Shown piece after piece: positions 10,793 through 20,067 of a stretch of DNA of 35,636 nucleotides. The position numbers and the translations under genes were made by a program. Position 1 is the first letter of the stretch. Every line of letters begins with the position of its first letter. The notes below the pieces were generated by a model that made no database searches, was not told where the DNA came from, and saw nothing but the letters and a program-made list of their open reading frames with translations. The stretch is taken from IMG/VR virus record IMGVR_UViG_2718218358_000004; one strand, written 5' to 3'. The stretch comes from a virus. Lineage: Duplodnaviria; Heunggongvirae; Uroviricota; Caudoviricetes.

Positions 10793-11260
10793 GGTTCAGC
10801 ATTACCTGTTGGTGCGCCTGTTCCGTGGCCTTCAGAGACACCTCCAACAGGCTGGCTGAAATGCAACGGGGCGGCTTTTTCTGCTGAAGAATACCCGGAA
10901 CTGGCAAAGGCTTACCCGACAAATAAATTGCCTGATTTACGAGGTGAATTTATTCGTGGCTGGGATGATGGGCGCGGTATTGATGCAGGACGTGCTTTAT
11001 TGAGCCTTCAGGCTGGGATGCTGGAAAAGCACCGTCATATTGTTGTTGCCAATGATGGTTACGACACAAAAGATGAATGGGAACTGGCTACGATTTTCAA
11101 AAAGACATACACACAAGGACGGGGACTTGATGCCACAAATACAGGAGGGAGTCTGATCCCATCACCGACACTTCATTCACGAGGGAGTATCGGTAATACT
11201 GGCGGGAGTGAAACCCGTCCACGAAATATTGCATTTAACTTTATCGTGAGGGCTGCATAA
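10780..11260 (+). CDS. alternative tail-fibre C-terminal segment (currently not fused to H)
   Basis: Open frame from the crossover site; encodes GLGE motif at the crossover identical to that in H (aa GLLAYLGLGE); the upstream Met at 10739 in the ORF track is probably not a real start. Confidence 0.65.
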
Positions 11261-11862
11261 TGGATAACGCCGTATTAAATAGCGAGCTTATTGCCACGAA
11301 GGCGGGGAATATTACCGTCTATAACTATGATGGTGAAACTCGGGAATATATTTCCACTTCAAATGAATATCTTGCCATTGGTGTCGGTATCCCTGCATAT
11401 TCCTGTTTAGATGCCCCTGGCACACATAAGGCGGGTTATGCTATCTGCCGTTCGATGGATTTAAACTCATGGGAATATGTGCCAGACCATCGCGGTGAAA
11501 TCGTTTTTAGCACCAAAACAGGGGAATCAAAAGAAATCACAGCTCCGGGTGATTACCCTGATAATACAACCACTATCGCCCCGTTAACGCCATACGATAA
11601 ATGGGATGGTGAGAAATGGGCGACGGATACCGAGGCACAGCACGGCGCAGCAGTAGATGCAGCAGAAGCACAGCGCCAGTCGCTGATTGATACTGCAATG
11701 GCCTCCATCAGTCTGATTCAGCTGAAATTGCAGGCCGGACGTAAACTGACGCAGGCAGAAACAACCCGCCTTAACGCTGTGCTGGATTACATTGACGCGG
11801 TGACGGCAACAGATACCAGCACCGCGCCGGATGTCATCTGGCCTGAACTGCCGGAGGCGTAG
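11260..11862 (+). CDS. alternative tail-fibre assembly protein (Tfa')
   Basis: 200-aa ORF with conserved Tfa C-terminal motif (LDYIDAV...TS.APD..WPE.P); 3' ends overlap the active tfa gene convergently. Confidence 0.75.
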   Translation: MDNAVLNSELIATKAGNITVYNYDGETREYISTSNEYLAIGVGIPAYSCLDAPGTHKAGYAICRSMDLNSWEYVPDHRGEIVFSTKTGESKEITAPGDYPDNTTTIAPLTPYDKWDGEKWATDTEAQHGAAVDAAEAQRQSLIDTAMASISLIQLKLQAGRKLTQAETTRLNAVLDYIDAVTATDTSTAPDVIWPELPEA

Positions 11863-12277
11863 GCCATTCAATATCTGGCGCACCGGAAGTATCAACCAGC
11901 TCCAGTGCGTCCAGATAATCCAGCCACAAATTATATTGCGCCAGTTCCTCATCTTTCAGACGACCAATAGCGGCTTTACCGGGCCATTGCTTACTGTTCA
12001 TGTGTTCGTTGGCCTGATTAAGCAATAATTGTCTTTCTGATTCTGCCTGTTGAATAAGTTCTTCATGTGATGGTTGAGGTATTTCAGCCCATGTGGGAAA
12101 ACCATTTACCCCTGCAACTCGGATTTTCCCTTGTGGCGGTTCCGCCATATATTTTACAGAAATGTTATCAGGAATATCTAATGCATCAGCGGGCCATGTT
12201 CCATTTACTTCATAAGTATTTTTTAAATTAACAGCATAAAATGCATTTTCCGAAGGGGAATAAATATATTGATTCAT
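11834..12277 (-). CDS. G: tail-fibre assembly protein
   Basis: 147-aa ORF immediately downstream of H with conserved Tfa C-terminal motif. Confidence 0.8.
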   Translation of the reverse strand: MNQYIYSPSENAFYAVNLKNTYEVNGTWPADALDIPDNISVKYMAEPPQGKIRVAGVNGFPTWAEIPQPSHEELIQQAESERQLLLNQANEHMNSKQWPGKAAIGRLKDEELAQYNLWLDYLDALELVDTSGAPDIEWPTPPAVQAR

Positions 12278-12278
12278 A

Positions 12279-13676
12279 TTATCTTCCTATTGCGATAATC
12301 ATAGTTCCATACAAACCATTTCCGGTTGATACTTTTAAGGTTACTGATGTCCTTGTTGTCGTGTACCCCATAAGTTTAAAGGTCGGAGCAGCCGTTAATG
12401 TGCCATCAGACCATAAGGCACTAACAGCAAATGCACCTGAAGGAAATGCAATAGGGAAATTACCAGTAGTTCCGTTAGTGTCCGCCCCATAAACATTCAT
12501 CGAAAACATTTGAACAATATGACCACTTGGTAACTGAAACCAGTTTTTGCCAGATGGGAATGCAGACATATCTGGTATCTGATTTTCCCCTGTTCCCACA
12601 TTTCGTTTTGCCGCTTCTCCCAAACCAAGGTATGCGAGAAGACCAGCTACATCCTTTCCACTCAAATTGGTAAGCGTATTGTCCAGCGGTTGTTTACCTG
12701 CCAGCGCATTAAGCATTGTCGTGGCAAAGTTCGGATCATTCCCCAGTGCCGCCGCCAGTTCGTTCAGTGTATCCAGTGCCGCAGGTGCAGAACCCACCAT
12801 TGCTGCAATCGCTGATTTCACAAAAGCTGTAGTGGCAATCTGTGTATTGTTGACCGACTGTGCCGCAGTAGGTGCTGTTGGCGTTCCGGTGAGTGCCGGA
12901 CTCGACAGTGGCGCTTTCAGTGCCAGCGCATTGTTAATGGTGGTACTGAATTTCGGATCATTGTTAATGGCTACGGCTATTTCTTTCAGCGTGTCCAGCG
13001 TGGCTGGCGCACCATTAATAAGAGCCGTCAGTGCCGCCTGAACAAACGCGGTGGTCGCAATCTGCGTGGTGTTATTCCCCTCCGCTGGCGTTGGCGCTTT
13101 GGGTGTTCCGGTCAATGTCGGGCTTTCTTTGGGTGCATACTGTGAATGCGGGTCCGGTGCGGCAAGATGTTTTGCCATCTTATCATCCACGAACACCTTC
13201 AGCTCCAGTACCTTGTCATCCACATACTTGCGGGTTGCCAGCACGACGGCAGGGTCGATTTTCAGGGTGATATTGTCCGTGCTGCTGGTAATCAGCACCA
13301 TGCGCACGGTCTGGGTGCGCCCGCTGCCTTCAGCCAGTTGCGGCTTATAGCTTTCCGGGCAGTTGCCCACGGCAATTAATGCCCCTGACTCATCAAACAG
13401 GCCCACTTCACGTATCCACCAACCGCCCTCGTTTTCAGGGATCACCTGTTCAGCAATAATCTGGCTGCTGTTCTGCGGGTCGATATAGAGCATATTCAGC
13501 GCAGCCCGGCGTTTCTCATTTACCAGTGCAGTCTGCTTTGCGTCCGGCGTCGGCAATGCTCCGCCGCCATCGCCCACCGCCATATGGGTAATTTTTAGCG
13601 GCACACCGAGCGCGGCGGCGCTGGCAAGTTTCGCCGCGCCAATATCCGTCAGCAGGGTATAAAATTTTGTGCTCAT
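12279..13676 (-). CDS. H: tail fibre protein
   Basis: 465-aa ORF with internal repeated NNTQIATTAFV...LDTL modules; position between I and G as in P2. Confidence 0.85.
   Translation of the reverse strand: MSTKFYTLLTDIGAAKLASAAALGVPLKITHMAVGDGGGALPTPDAKQTALVNEKRRAALNMLYIDPQNSSQIIAEQVIPENEGGWWIREVGLFDESGALIAVGNCPESYKPQLAEGSGRTQTVRMVLITSSTDNITLKIDPAVVLATRKYVDDKVLELKVFVDDKMAKHLAAPDPHSQYAPKESPTLTGTPKAPTPAEGNNTTQIATTAFVQAALTALINGAPATLDTLKEIAVAINNDPKFSTTINNALALKAPLSSPALTGTPTAPTAAQSVNNTQIATTAFVKSAIAAMVGSAPAALDTLNELAAALGNDPNFATTMLNALAGKQPLDNTLTNLSGKDVAGLLAYLGLGEAAKRNVGTGENQIPDMSAFPSGKNWFQLPSGHIVQMFSMNVYGADTNGTTGNFPIAFPSGAFAVSALWSDGTLTAAPTFKLMGYTTTRTSVTLKVSTGNGLYGTMIIAIGR
12615..12640. other. invertase crossover site (hix/gix/cix-like), left, inside H
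   Basis: TTCTCCCAAACCAAGGTATGCGAGAA; imperfect dyad; inverted relative to 10767-10792. Confidence 0.55.
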
Positions 13677-14278
13677 GGATTCACTCTCATTGTGTCAATA
13701 ACATGGACCGCCCCGCCTTCATGCGCGGTGCCACCGGAAATAATCGTTTCGTTGATATACGGATAGATCGTGATTTCTTCGCCAAGATAGCTGGCGGCTC
13801 CCACCCAATGCGGGCCGCTGGTCTGCAGATTGATGGACATGCCGATCATGTGGCGGCTACATGGTTTGGCATCGCTTATCAGTCGCTCAAGTTCCAGATA
13901 GGTATCTTCAGTGATGCCCTGGTCCTGCACGCCGATATCCAGACGAAACGTGCCCGGTGCCTCTCCGGTCTGCCACCACTCAATAATGCGGATCAGAAAG
14001 CCGAACGGCTCCACCACCCGCCGCACGGCACTGGTGGTCCCTTTATGCTGATGAATATAAAAAGCATCCTTCACCACCTGGCGCTTGACGCTTTCTGTCC
14101 AGCCCTCGTCCCAGCGATCCACAGAGAACGCCCAAGCGAGATAAGGCAGGAAACTGACCGGACAGGTTGCTGGATTCCACAAGTCACGCAGCGGCACCTG
14201 CAGATCAGAAATCCCGCTACAGGTCTGCGCCAGTCGGCGCTCCAGTGAAGTTGAACCCGGTGGCAGCAGACTATTCAT
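13673..14278 (-). CDS. I: baseplate assembly protein I
   Basis: 201-aa ORF; position and conserved WNP.TCP...LAWAFSVD pattern as remembered for P2 gpI. Confidence 0.8.
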   Translation of the reverse strand: MNSLLPPGSTSLERRLAQTCSGISDLQVPLRDLWNPATCPVSFLPYLAWAFSVDRWDEGWTESVKRQVVKDAFYIHQHKGTTSAVRRVVEPFGFLIRIIEWWQTGEAPGTFRLDIGVQDQGITEDTYLELERLISDAKPCSRHMIGMSINLQTSGPHWVGAASYLGEEITIYPYINETIISGGTAHEGGAVHVIDTMRVNP

Positions 14279-15179
14279 CCGTTCCTCCGTTGGTCACGCT
14301 CCACTGCGTACATGATGCCGCCTGCGTTTTGTTCAGAACCACATCCGCCAGCGGAGAAGCCAGTTCCACACGTTGCACACCCTCAACATGCAGCGCGGCA
14401 AAAATAGCACTACGGCGAATATCCCGACCGAGCCGCGTCTGACTGGCGATGTACCTCTGCAGGCTGACTTTTGCCGCTGCCATTACCGGCTCTGCTTCCG
14501 GTCCCGGATAAAGAAAAATGGTGGCTTCCACACGGTACGGGATGATTTCTGCGCTGCGAACCGTCAGACGGTCAGCCACCGGGCGGACATTCTCACTGTT
14601 CAGGGCTTTCTCCACCACATCCAGCAAATCTTTTTCTGCTGTTCCGTCGCCTTCACGGCTCAGGACAGTCAGCACCACCTCTGCAGGTGACGGACTGGTT
14701 GCACTGGCATCCGCCACCCGACCGTCGGCGCTTCGGGCATGAAATTCATAAGCGGCAGTTGGCCCCGCAACAGAAAGCCCTTCAAAGGCTGCGGGCACAC
14801 GCAGGCGTAACGCTTCATCGCTTTCCATCACAGCCGCAACGGGTGGCACAGCGTCATTATCAGCAGGCGTCACCGTCAGGCGTTTCACGTTGTAGTTGGC
14901 AGCGAGCTGGTCAAGATCGCCGCCCATCGCGTAAGCCACCATCACCGCCTGCGCGGCTTCGTTAATGCGCTGGCGCAGAAGCAACTCACGGTAAGCGTTC
15001 TCCTGCAGCAATTTGGTGACGGGTTCAGATTCCAGTTCCAGCGTGCGGATCACTGCTTCCTGCTCATCTTTCGGATGAAGCGCCACAAATTCTGCCTTGC
15101 GTTCGGCAAGCAGCGTCTCAAAGTCCGGCACATCCACAATCTGCGGCGCAGGCAACTGCGAAAGGTCAATCACTGCCAT
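14271..15179 (-). CDS. J: baseplate assembly protein J
   Basis: 302 aa from Met14 of the ORF, P2 gpJ length; overlaps W and I. Confidence 0.8.
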   Translation of the reverse strand: MAVIDLSQLPAPQIVDVPDFETLLAERKAEFVALHPKDEQEAVIRTLELESEPVTKLLQENAYRELLLRQRINEAAQAVMVAYAMGGDLDQLAANYNVKRLTVTPADNDAVPPVAAVMESDEALRLRVPAAFEGLSVAGPTAAYEFHARSADGRVADASATSPSPAEVVLTVLSREGDGTAEKDLLDVVEKALNSENVRPVADRLTVRSAEIIPYRVEATIFLYPGPEAEPVMAAAKVSLQRYIASQTRLGRDIRRSAIFAALHVEGVQRVELASPLADVVLNKTQAASCTQWSVTNGGTDE

Positions 15180-15525
15180 TCTCTGCTCCTGTTGATACGG
15201 AAAGGGACACAGACACACCGTTATTCCGCCGCCCGGTCAGCTCCACCACCATAGAACCGTCAAAGTTGCTGTTGATGGTGATGGAATCCAGCGTCAGCCG
15301 TGGCTCCCAGCGACTCAGCGCCACATACACTGCCGACATGACCTGCAGGCGCAATGCCGGATTTTGTGGCTGGTCTATCAGCGCCGACAGCAGGGAACCA
15401 TATTCCCGACGGGCAATGCGGCTACCCTGTGGCGTCAGCAAAATGTCCCGCACCGACTGGCGCAGATGGTCCGTGTCTGTAATAGCTTTTCCGTTGCTCT
15501 GACTCATGCCGATATACAGCGTCAT
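15166..15525 (-). CDS. W: baseplate protein W
   Basis: 119-aa ORF between V and J, P2 gpW size. Confidence 0.8.
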   Translation of the reverse strand: MTLYIGMSQSNGKAITDTDHLRQSVRDILLTPQGSRIARREYGSLLSALIDQPQNPALRLQVMSAVYVALSRWEPRLTLDSITINSNFDGSMVVELTGRRNNGVSVSLSVSTGAENGSD

Positions 15526-16100
15526 ACCGGGCCTCCGGTTGTATCGCCGCCTTTCAGGACGCCAGTATGCTGATGCGCATCAACCACGATCCCGTTAGAA
15601 CTCATCGCTCCGCCGCCCTGGGTAACGCCACCATTGATCACCACTTCGCTGTTAATGCGCGTGCGGTCAGCCTCCAGTACAAACTCACTGGTTTTCATGG
15701 TGATGTTGTCAGCGGCCTCAATGACCATTGATTTGATGCCCCTGACATACCAGCGCCCGGTGGCGGGTTCGTATTCAAACCAGCCACCGTCAGGATGTTC
15801 TGTCACGCAGGCGTCCGCCGACGTCGACGGTGGCGCGAACTGATTCGAATAGATGGCGGGTAACGCAAAGGCGGTTTCCAGATTGCCGCCCAGACTCAGC
15901 AGCACCACCTGCTCACCTTCCGATGGTCGCCACCATGTGCGGGCATTCCCGGCACGCAGCGTCAGCCAGCTGATCCAGTTGGTTTCAAGCTCGCCCGTTT
16001 TCACCCGGCAAAGCCAGTTTTCCCTGTCCACTTCGGTGACTACCCCTGTGCGGATCAGGTTGGTGATAAGGCGCATGATTTCGGTTAATTGTGCGTTCAT
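15522..16100 (-). CDS. V: baseplate spike/assembly protein V
   Basis: 192-aa ORF with P2 gpV-like N-terminus; start of V-W-J-I-H-G operon. Confidence 0.8.
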   Translation of the reverse strand: MNAQLTEIMRLITNLIRTGVVTEVDRENWLCRVKTGELETNWISWLTLRAGNARTWWRPSEGEQVVLLSLGGNLETAFALPAIYSNQFAPPSTSADACVTEHPDGGWFEYEPATGRWYVRGIKSMVIEAADNITMKTSEFVLEADRTRINSEVVINGGVTQGGGAMSSNGIVVDAHQHTGVLKGGDTTGGPV

Positions 16101-16146
16101 AGGGAAAGGTTGCCATCAGGGGAAGAAAGGCGGCAGTGCTGCAACT

Positions 16147-16164
16147 TGTATCAGTGCTGATACA
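16147..16164. promoter_or_regulatory. TGT-N12-ACA dyad, candidate Ogr-dependent late promoter element (V operon)
   Basis: tgtatcagtgctgataca, perfect palindrome between S stop and V start; spacing to the V start codon is shorter than at the other two sites. Confidence 0.4.
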
Positions 16165-16168
16165 AAGA

Positions 16169-16615
16169 TCACCCCGCCAGCCATTGCAGAATCATGTCGC
16201 GGGTCATTGCCTCAACATCATCATTTACACCCAGCAGGCGGCGCTCTGCGTAACGGACCTCCGGTCCTTTGCGACTGACGCGATCACGCAGGCCGTAATG
16301 GTGAACACGGGCAATACGCTGCACCTTGCCTTCAAACTGTACGCTGGCAGAGTCGGCGCTGGCGGCAGTTTTCAGGTATTTTGTGGTGCGCAGCTTTGCA
16401 AACATCTGACGTTTGATGCGCCCCTTTTTACTGCGTGCTGTTACCCGTCGAGGTTCATAACTGCTGCCATCTGGATTGCGCTGCATTCTGATATTCTGCT
16501 GCTGTGTCCGGCGCAGTTCCTGCGCCAGCTGGCGCATCATGCGGCTTCTTGCGGCTGGTTCCAGATTCGCCAGCAAAGCACTCAGCCAGTCGTCCACCTT
16601 CTGCAGTTCAGCCAC
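16169..16615 (-). CDS. S: tail completion protein S
   Basis: 148-aa ORF at P2 gpS position. Confidence 0.75.
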   Translation of the reverse strand: MAELQKVDDWLSALLANLEPAARSRMMRQLAQELRRTQQQNIRMQRNPDGSSYEPRRVTARSKKGRIKRQMFAKLRTTKYLKTAASADSASVQFEGKVQRIARVHHYGLRDRVSRKGPEVRYAERRLLGVNDDVEAMTRDMILQWLAG

Positions 16616-17060
16616 GTTTCACCGTCCACATTTCTTCAGGTTCATCGGGTTCCGCTACAGCTTCAACACTCGACACACTGCCGTCAGTGCTGACCAGCAC
16701 ACGCTCCGTCAGTTGCAGGTTAAGGCTGATATCACAGACATCGTTGCGCAAAATATCCACCTCAAAGGTGAATAGTTTTTCCCGTAACGCCGGGTTATTG
16801 ATGGCATCGGGCTGGTTATCACGCAGCCACAGCAAAACCGGGGCCATCAGCAGATTCTGGTCGCCGCTGAAATCCTCAATCACCACGTTCAGGGTGTAAC
16901 GGTACTCCCATGACATAGAGCTGGCCCCCGTAGCAACCAGCGAACCGTTATCCACAAACAGATGCAGTTTGTCCGGGTTATTGCGGACATAAGGCACCGC
17001 TTTATTGAGGGCGTGGCGCAGGGATTGTGGTTTGTTCACTGTTTCGCTCCTGACACGCAA
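16608..17060 (-). CDS. R: tail completion protein R
   Basis: 150-aa ORF at P2 gpR position. Confidence 0.75.
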   Translation of the reverse strand: MRVRSETVNKPQSLRHALNKAVPYVRNNPDKLHLFVDNGSLVATGASSMSWEYRYTLNVVIEDFSGDQNLLMAPVLLWLRDNQPDAINNPALREKLFTFEVDILRNDVCDISLNLQLTERVLVSTDGSVSSVEAVAEPDEPEEMWTVKRG

Positions 17061-17292
17061 TAATCATGTCCACTTTGTCTGCACAGACCGCCCAGGCGGC
17101 CTCCGTTTCATCCAGCAACGCGTTCAGATCACCGTTAGTGCGCGGCGTTGCCTGATCCAGCCGACACGGCGTCACTCGCGGACAACCACTGACGGTAAGC
17201 TGCACCTCCGGTGAATGCCGGACGTTTCCGCAGCCGGATAATGTCAGCAGGCAAAGGAGTATCAGCCCAGCGGCGTAAATCCTCGTTCTCAC
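17002..17292 (-). CDS. lysC: o-spanin lipoprotein (LysC/Rz1-like)
   Basis: 96-aa ORF with signal peptide and lipobox LTLSGC, largely embedded out of frame in the i-spanin gene. Confidence 0.65.
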   Translation of the reverse strand: MRTRIYAAGLILLCLLTLSGCGNVRHSPEVQLTVSGCPRVTPCRLDQATPRTNGDLNALLDETEAAWAVCADKVDMIIACQERNSEQTTIPAPRPQ

Positions 17293-17563
17293 GTTTCAGT
17301 TCCTCAATCCGGTGTTGTCGTTGTCTCAGTAGTGCGCTGGTCTGTTCTGCGTCGGCATAGAGTCGCGCCTGCTCCCGGTTGTTGGTTTCTGTCAGAATGG
17401 ACAGGCTGATAAGCTGGCTGTTGCTCTTTGCCAGTGCCTGGCTTTTGCTCCGAAGCTCATCTGCCTGCGTGCTGATGGTCTGGCTGGCATCAGCCAGCCG
17501 CCACGTCTGCCAGCCCAGCGCCGCCAGTAATAACGCCAGCACAACCAGCAGCAACCGGTTCAT
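17135..17563 (-). CDS. lysB: i-spanin (LysB/Rz-like)
   Basis: 142-aa ORF with N-terminal TM helix and coiled-coil region. Confidence 0.7.
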   Translation of the reverse strand: MNRLLLVVLALLLAALGWQTWRLADASQTISTQADELRSKSQALAKSNSQLISLSILTETNNREQARLYADAEQTSALLRQRQHRIEELKRENEDLRRWADTPLPADIIRLRKRPAFTGGAAYRQWLSASDAVSAGSGNAAH

Positions 17564-17937
17564 GCTGCTACCTGTTGTGCCATCTGATTACGGGTGATCC
17601 AGAAGGCAATAACGGTCAGTAGATAAAAGACCAGGGTAATAGCCCATCCCGTCCAGGCGAGACTGACGACAATCAGCAATCGCATCATCCAGCTGATAAA
17701 TACGTTTTCTTTTCGGGTAATTGTCTTCAGCAAAGATGCCCTCAACTCCTGCCAGAGCGGGCCGTTCTTAATTAACGCAGCCAGTGATACCGGAATTACT
17801 GCCCATGTCAGCAGACAGGCTACCCAGACACCAGATGCTGCCAGTACCGGAAAAATCCCCTGCGGATACACCATTGCGGCGATTAACAGCGCTATCCATA
17901 ACATCAGAAACAGCCCGCTGATTACTTTCTTTTTCAT
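17560..17937 (-). CDS. lysA: lysis regulatory membrane protein LysA
   Basis: Start assigned to Met25 (MKKKV) right after the endolysin stop; several predicted TM segments. Confidence 0.6.
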   Translation of the reverse strand: MKKKVISGLFLMLWIALLIAAMVYPQGIFPVLAASGVWVACLLTWAVIPVSLAALIKNGPLWQELRASLLKTITRKENVFISWMMRLLIVVSLAWTGWAITLVFYLLTVIAFWITRNQMAQQVAA

Positions 17938-17938
17938 T

Positions 17939-18451
17939 TCAGTTTGCTCCCTGTAAGCACCAGGCCATCTCCCGCGCACGGCGGTTATCCAGCCCCTGAT
18001 TAAACACACCTTTTACATACACCCAGCGCGGCAACTGTCGGCACGCATCCGCCCAGCGCCGCTGATTGAGCAATTTCACCAGCGTGGAACTGCAGGCATT
18101 GCCCGTACCCACGTTGAAGGCAAACGACACCACAGCGTCATACACCTTCTGCGGCGGCTGTTGCTTCACACATCTTTCCAGCGCCCGCTCCACACGCAGC
18201 ACGTTGGAGATCAGCCCTTCTGCTGCCTGTCGCTCCGTAATGGTTTTGCCTGGAATGACGCCAGATGTATTACCAATGCCGTCGGTCCAGACACCCGCGC
18301 TGCACTGATACGGCTGCAGACGACAGCCTTCGTAATCGGCAATCAGTTTCAGCCCCTCCACGGAGGTGTGAAGCTGCTGAAAACCCGGTAGCGCGGCAGC
18401 AATAGCCAGCACGGCCCCGACAAGGCAGCGTTTAACGATTGATGGATTCAT
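17939..18451 (-). CDS. K: endolysin (lysozyme-like)
   Basis: 170-aa ORF with signal-anchor-like N-terminus and lysozyme-family pattern; P2 gpK position. Confidence 0.8.
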   Translation of the reverse strand: MNPSIVKRCLVGAVLAIAAALPGFQQLHTSVEGLKLIADYEGCRLQPYQCSAGVWTDGIGNTSGVIPGKTITERQAAEGLISNVLRVERALERCVKQQPPQKVYDAVVSFAFNVGTGNACSSTLVKLLNQRRWADACRQLPRWVYVKGVFNQGLDNRRAREMAWCLQGAN

Positions 18452-18647
18452 AGTCCTCCCGCGAGATCTGCCCGTCGCGCAGAAGCTGGTAGGCTTTGTG
18501 TTTGTAGTACCAGTTGATAGCCAGCATCAGCACACCAATCATCAGGCCGCCCAGCGTTGAGGCATCCTTGATGGACAAATCGCCCAGCCAGGCCAGCACA
18601 ACGGCGATGCAGTACGTGATAAAGGCGCTGATTCGCTCAAGCGTCAT
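18432..18647 (-). CDS. Y: holin
   Basis: 71-aa ORF with two hydrophobic segments and charged C-terminus, directly upstream of endolysin. Confidence 0.7.
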   Translation of the reverse strand: MTLERISAFITYCIAVVLAWLGDLSIKDASTLGGLMIGVLMLAINWYYKHKAYQLLRDGQISREDYESINR

Positions 18648-18650
18648 AAT

Positions 18651-18854
18651 TCAGTCCCATAGCTGGACGGTCTGCACGGTGGTGGTAGTCGGAATGTCCG
18701 GCAGCTCCACCTGCAGCCCGTGAGGTAAAAAGGGGCCGTATTCGGCAAGCCCCGGATTTGCCTTCAGTACCTGCTCCGTGACACCCTGCGTGCGCCCGTA
18801 ATGACGCCAGCAAAGCGCGTCCACCGTGTCATACTGATGCGCACGCACTTTCAT
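18651..18854 (-). CDS. X: tail protein X
   Basis: 67-aa ORF at P2 gpX position and length. Confidence 0.75.
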   Translation of the reverse strand: MKVRAHQYDTVDALCWRHYGRTQGVTEQVLKANPGLAEYGPFLPHGLQVELPDIPTTTTVQTVQLWD

Positions 18855-19381
18855 CAGATAAGCTCCACTGTGCAGTGCGGCGCGTCCTGTACCCGGCTGA
18901 TGGCCCAGCGGGCGTCACGCCATAAATCACCGCTGGCTTCCGCCAGTTCCTCGCCTCGCTTCACACCAGACGCCGTGGCGTCATAGTCCTGGTATCGTTC
19001 GTTGAGCATGGCGCGGGCCCAGCAGTAAACCGCGTTGAAATAGTGCTGAATGCGCTCACTTTTCCCGTCCAGATGTTCTGCCGGAACCTCTGCCAGCGAG
19101 GCATATCCCAGCATCTGCTGGCGTCTGCGAAACTCATACAGCTCTGCGTTGACCTCCGAAATTGCCGACAGCGCAACCTGCTTTAAACGCGGCTGCGTCA
19201 CCGTGCCGTCAGTGCGCATGACACTGCGAAACTCCGACAAGTCCACATCAGGCCAGAACGGCGTATTCCTGATGATTTCCGCCTGTTCCGGTGCCTGTTC
19301 TGGCGCAACAAACTTCATGCTGCTTTCTCCTGAAATAAAGGGCGGTGGACGGGGTTTTGATGTGGCAGTGCCTTTCGCCAC
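18854..19381 (-). CDS. L: head completion protein L
   Basis: P2 gpL position; true start may be Met22 (19318). Confidence 0.75.
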   Translation of the reverse strand: MAKGTATSKPRPPPFISGESSMKFVAPEQAPEQAEIIRNTPFWPDVDLSEFRSVMRTDGTVTQPRLKQVALSAISEVNAELYEFRRRQQMLGYASLAEVPAEHLDGKSERIQHYFNAVYCWARAMLNERYQDYDATASGVKRGEELAEASGDLWRDARWAISRVQDAPHCTVELI

Positions 19382-19413
19382 CCCGTGCCGCCCGTGCGCG
19401 GGGGCACGTTCTG

Positions 19414-20064
19414 TCAGCGGCTGTCATTGCGCAGTCTGCGCTCCAGCTGCTGTTTGTCTTTTTTCACGCCACAGCGGGGATCGAGCTGTAACGCATGGTT
19501 GAGATGATTAAGGGCGGAAGCCGGATTGCTTTCACTCAGGACAGCGCCAATCGCTTTATGCAGACGCGCCCGTGACTGGTCCGGCATATCCAGACCGTCT
19601 GTCAGCTCCAGCGTCTGCAGCAACAGATCGGCATCAAAGCCGGTGGCGGCAAGCATTGCGCTCTGCGCTGCATCTGCCATTTCCTCTGCCAGCACGGTCT
19701 GCACGTTGCGGTTACCCAGCGGCATCACCCAGCCATGACGCAGGGCATGACGCCCGATCTCCAGCGCCCCGGCATAATCTCCGGCATCAATGCGCCACAG
19801 CATCACGTACATCAGCACATCATCCTGTTGAGCGCCTCCGGCAGCCAGGACGCCCTCCGCCCAGGCGGCATATTTCGGCAGCAGCTCCACCTTTATTTCC
19901 GCTTTTTTCACCGTGGACTGAACGCCCTTGAGACGGCGGCGGTCTTCCGCCAGTTGCAGCAGCATCAGGTCATAGCCCGATGCGTGGCGAACACTGCCGC
20001 CCTCGCGGGCGGCCTGTTCAGCCTGAACGCGCAGGCGATGCTGCCGTGCGGGACTCAGGCTCAT
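19414..20064 (-). CDS. M: terminase endonuclease/small subunit M
   Basis: 216-aa ORF between N and L as in P2. Confidence 0.8.
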   Translation of the reverse strand: MSLSPARQHRLRVQAEQAAREGGSVRHASGYDLMLLQLAEDRRRLKGVQSTVKKAEIKVELLPKYAAWAEGVLAAGGAQQDDVLMYVMLWRIDAGDYAGALEIGRHALRHGWVMPLGNRNVQTVLAEEMADAAQSAMLAATGFDADLLLQTLELTDGLDMPDQSRARLHKAIGAVLSESNPASALNHLNHALQLDPRCGVKKDKQQLERRLRNDSR

Positions 20065-20067
20065 GGA

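Larger units (their letters stand above)
10780..12627. other. invertible tail-fibre host-range segment
   Basis: Bounded by inverted crossover sites; carries two convergent sets of tail-fibre C-terminus plus assembly chaperone, adjacent to the invertase gene (Mu G-segment-like layout). Confidence 0.6.
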
